A stretch of 64,000 nt of DNA from Chara braunii (lineage: Eukaryota; Plantae; Charophyceae). Under the pieces are notes generated by a model. It was not told where the DNA came from, ran no database searches, and saw only the letters and a list, made by a program, of their open reading frames with translations. The DNA lies in NCBI GenBank assembly GCA_003427395.1, contig BFEA01000024.1, forward strand, positions 2,586,421 to 2,650,420. Reading direction: 5' to 3'. Positions 63,797-64,000 of the stretch are shown piece by piece; the stretch's first letter is position 1; each line of letters starts with the position of its first letter. The position numbers and the translations under genes are program-made.

Positions 63797-64000
63797 GTAG
63801 GTACTAGCACCAAACTGCAATTGGTACATTTTGTGGTAGGAGTTCAATTTTTTGTTCGGATTGCGGATTATCGATGCCAATGCAAACATGTGCTGCCATT
63901 AATGCTGTTTTTTTTTTTGTATGTGTCGGTTGTGGTATGTCATCTGCCTCCCGGTCTCCCTGAATTGTAACCTCTCTCTCTCTCTCTCTCTCCCTCTCTC

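Overview
Eukaryotic, almost entirely transposon-derived window with microsatellites and N gaps. The style resembles a large green-lineage genome such as a charophyte alga, but that is inference only. No intact host gene, rRNA, tRNA or CRISPR is supported. Layout from left to right: (1) 1-19000 is a giant direct repeat (at least 5 kb, period about 13.99 kb) whose second copy carries a 2.8-kb internal inversion. (2) 19-41 kb holds several decayed L1/Tx1-type LINEs, one near full-length, plus two Helentron/HINE-like non-autonomous elements. (3) 41-53 kb is a patchwork of Harbinger-like MITEs and microsatellite-targeting elements that carry hammerhead ribozymes: one Penelope-type type I and several type III. 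It also contains a lightly damaged ORF fusing an ataxin-3-like Josephin deubiquitinase domain to two tandem RING-like zinc fingers. (4) 53-60 kb is a degraded Ty3/Gypsy element with a nested solo-LTR. (5) 61-64 kb has a 390-bp tandem repeat, a second family of type III hammerheads and a P2X7-'ballast'-like domain remnant. The two most notable candidates are the Josephin-2xRING fusion (a possible ubiquitin-editing enzyme, invisible in the ORF track because of one frameshift and one stop) and the hammerhead-bearing retroposed units that end in TGAC(A/G)A at (TA)n/(CA)n tracts.
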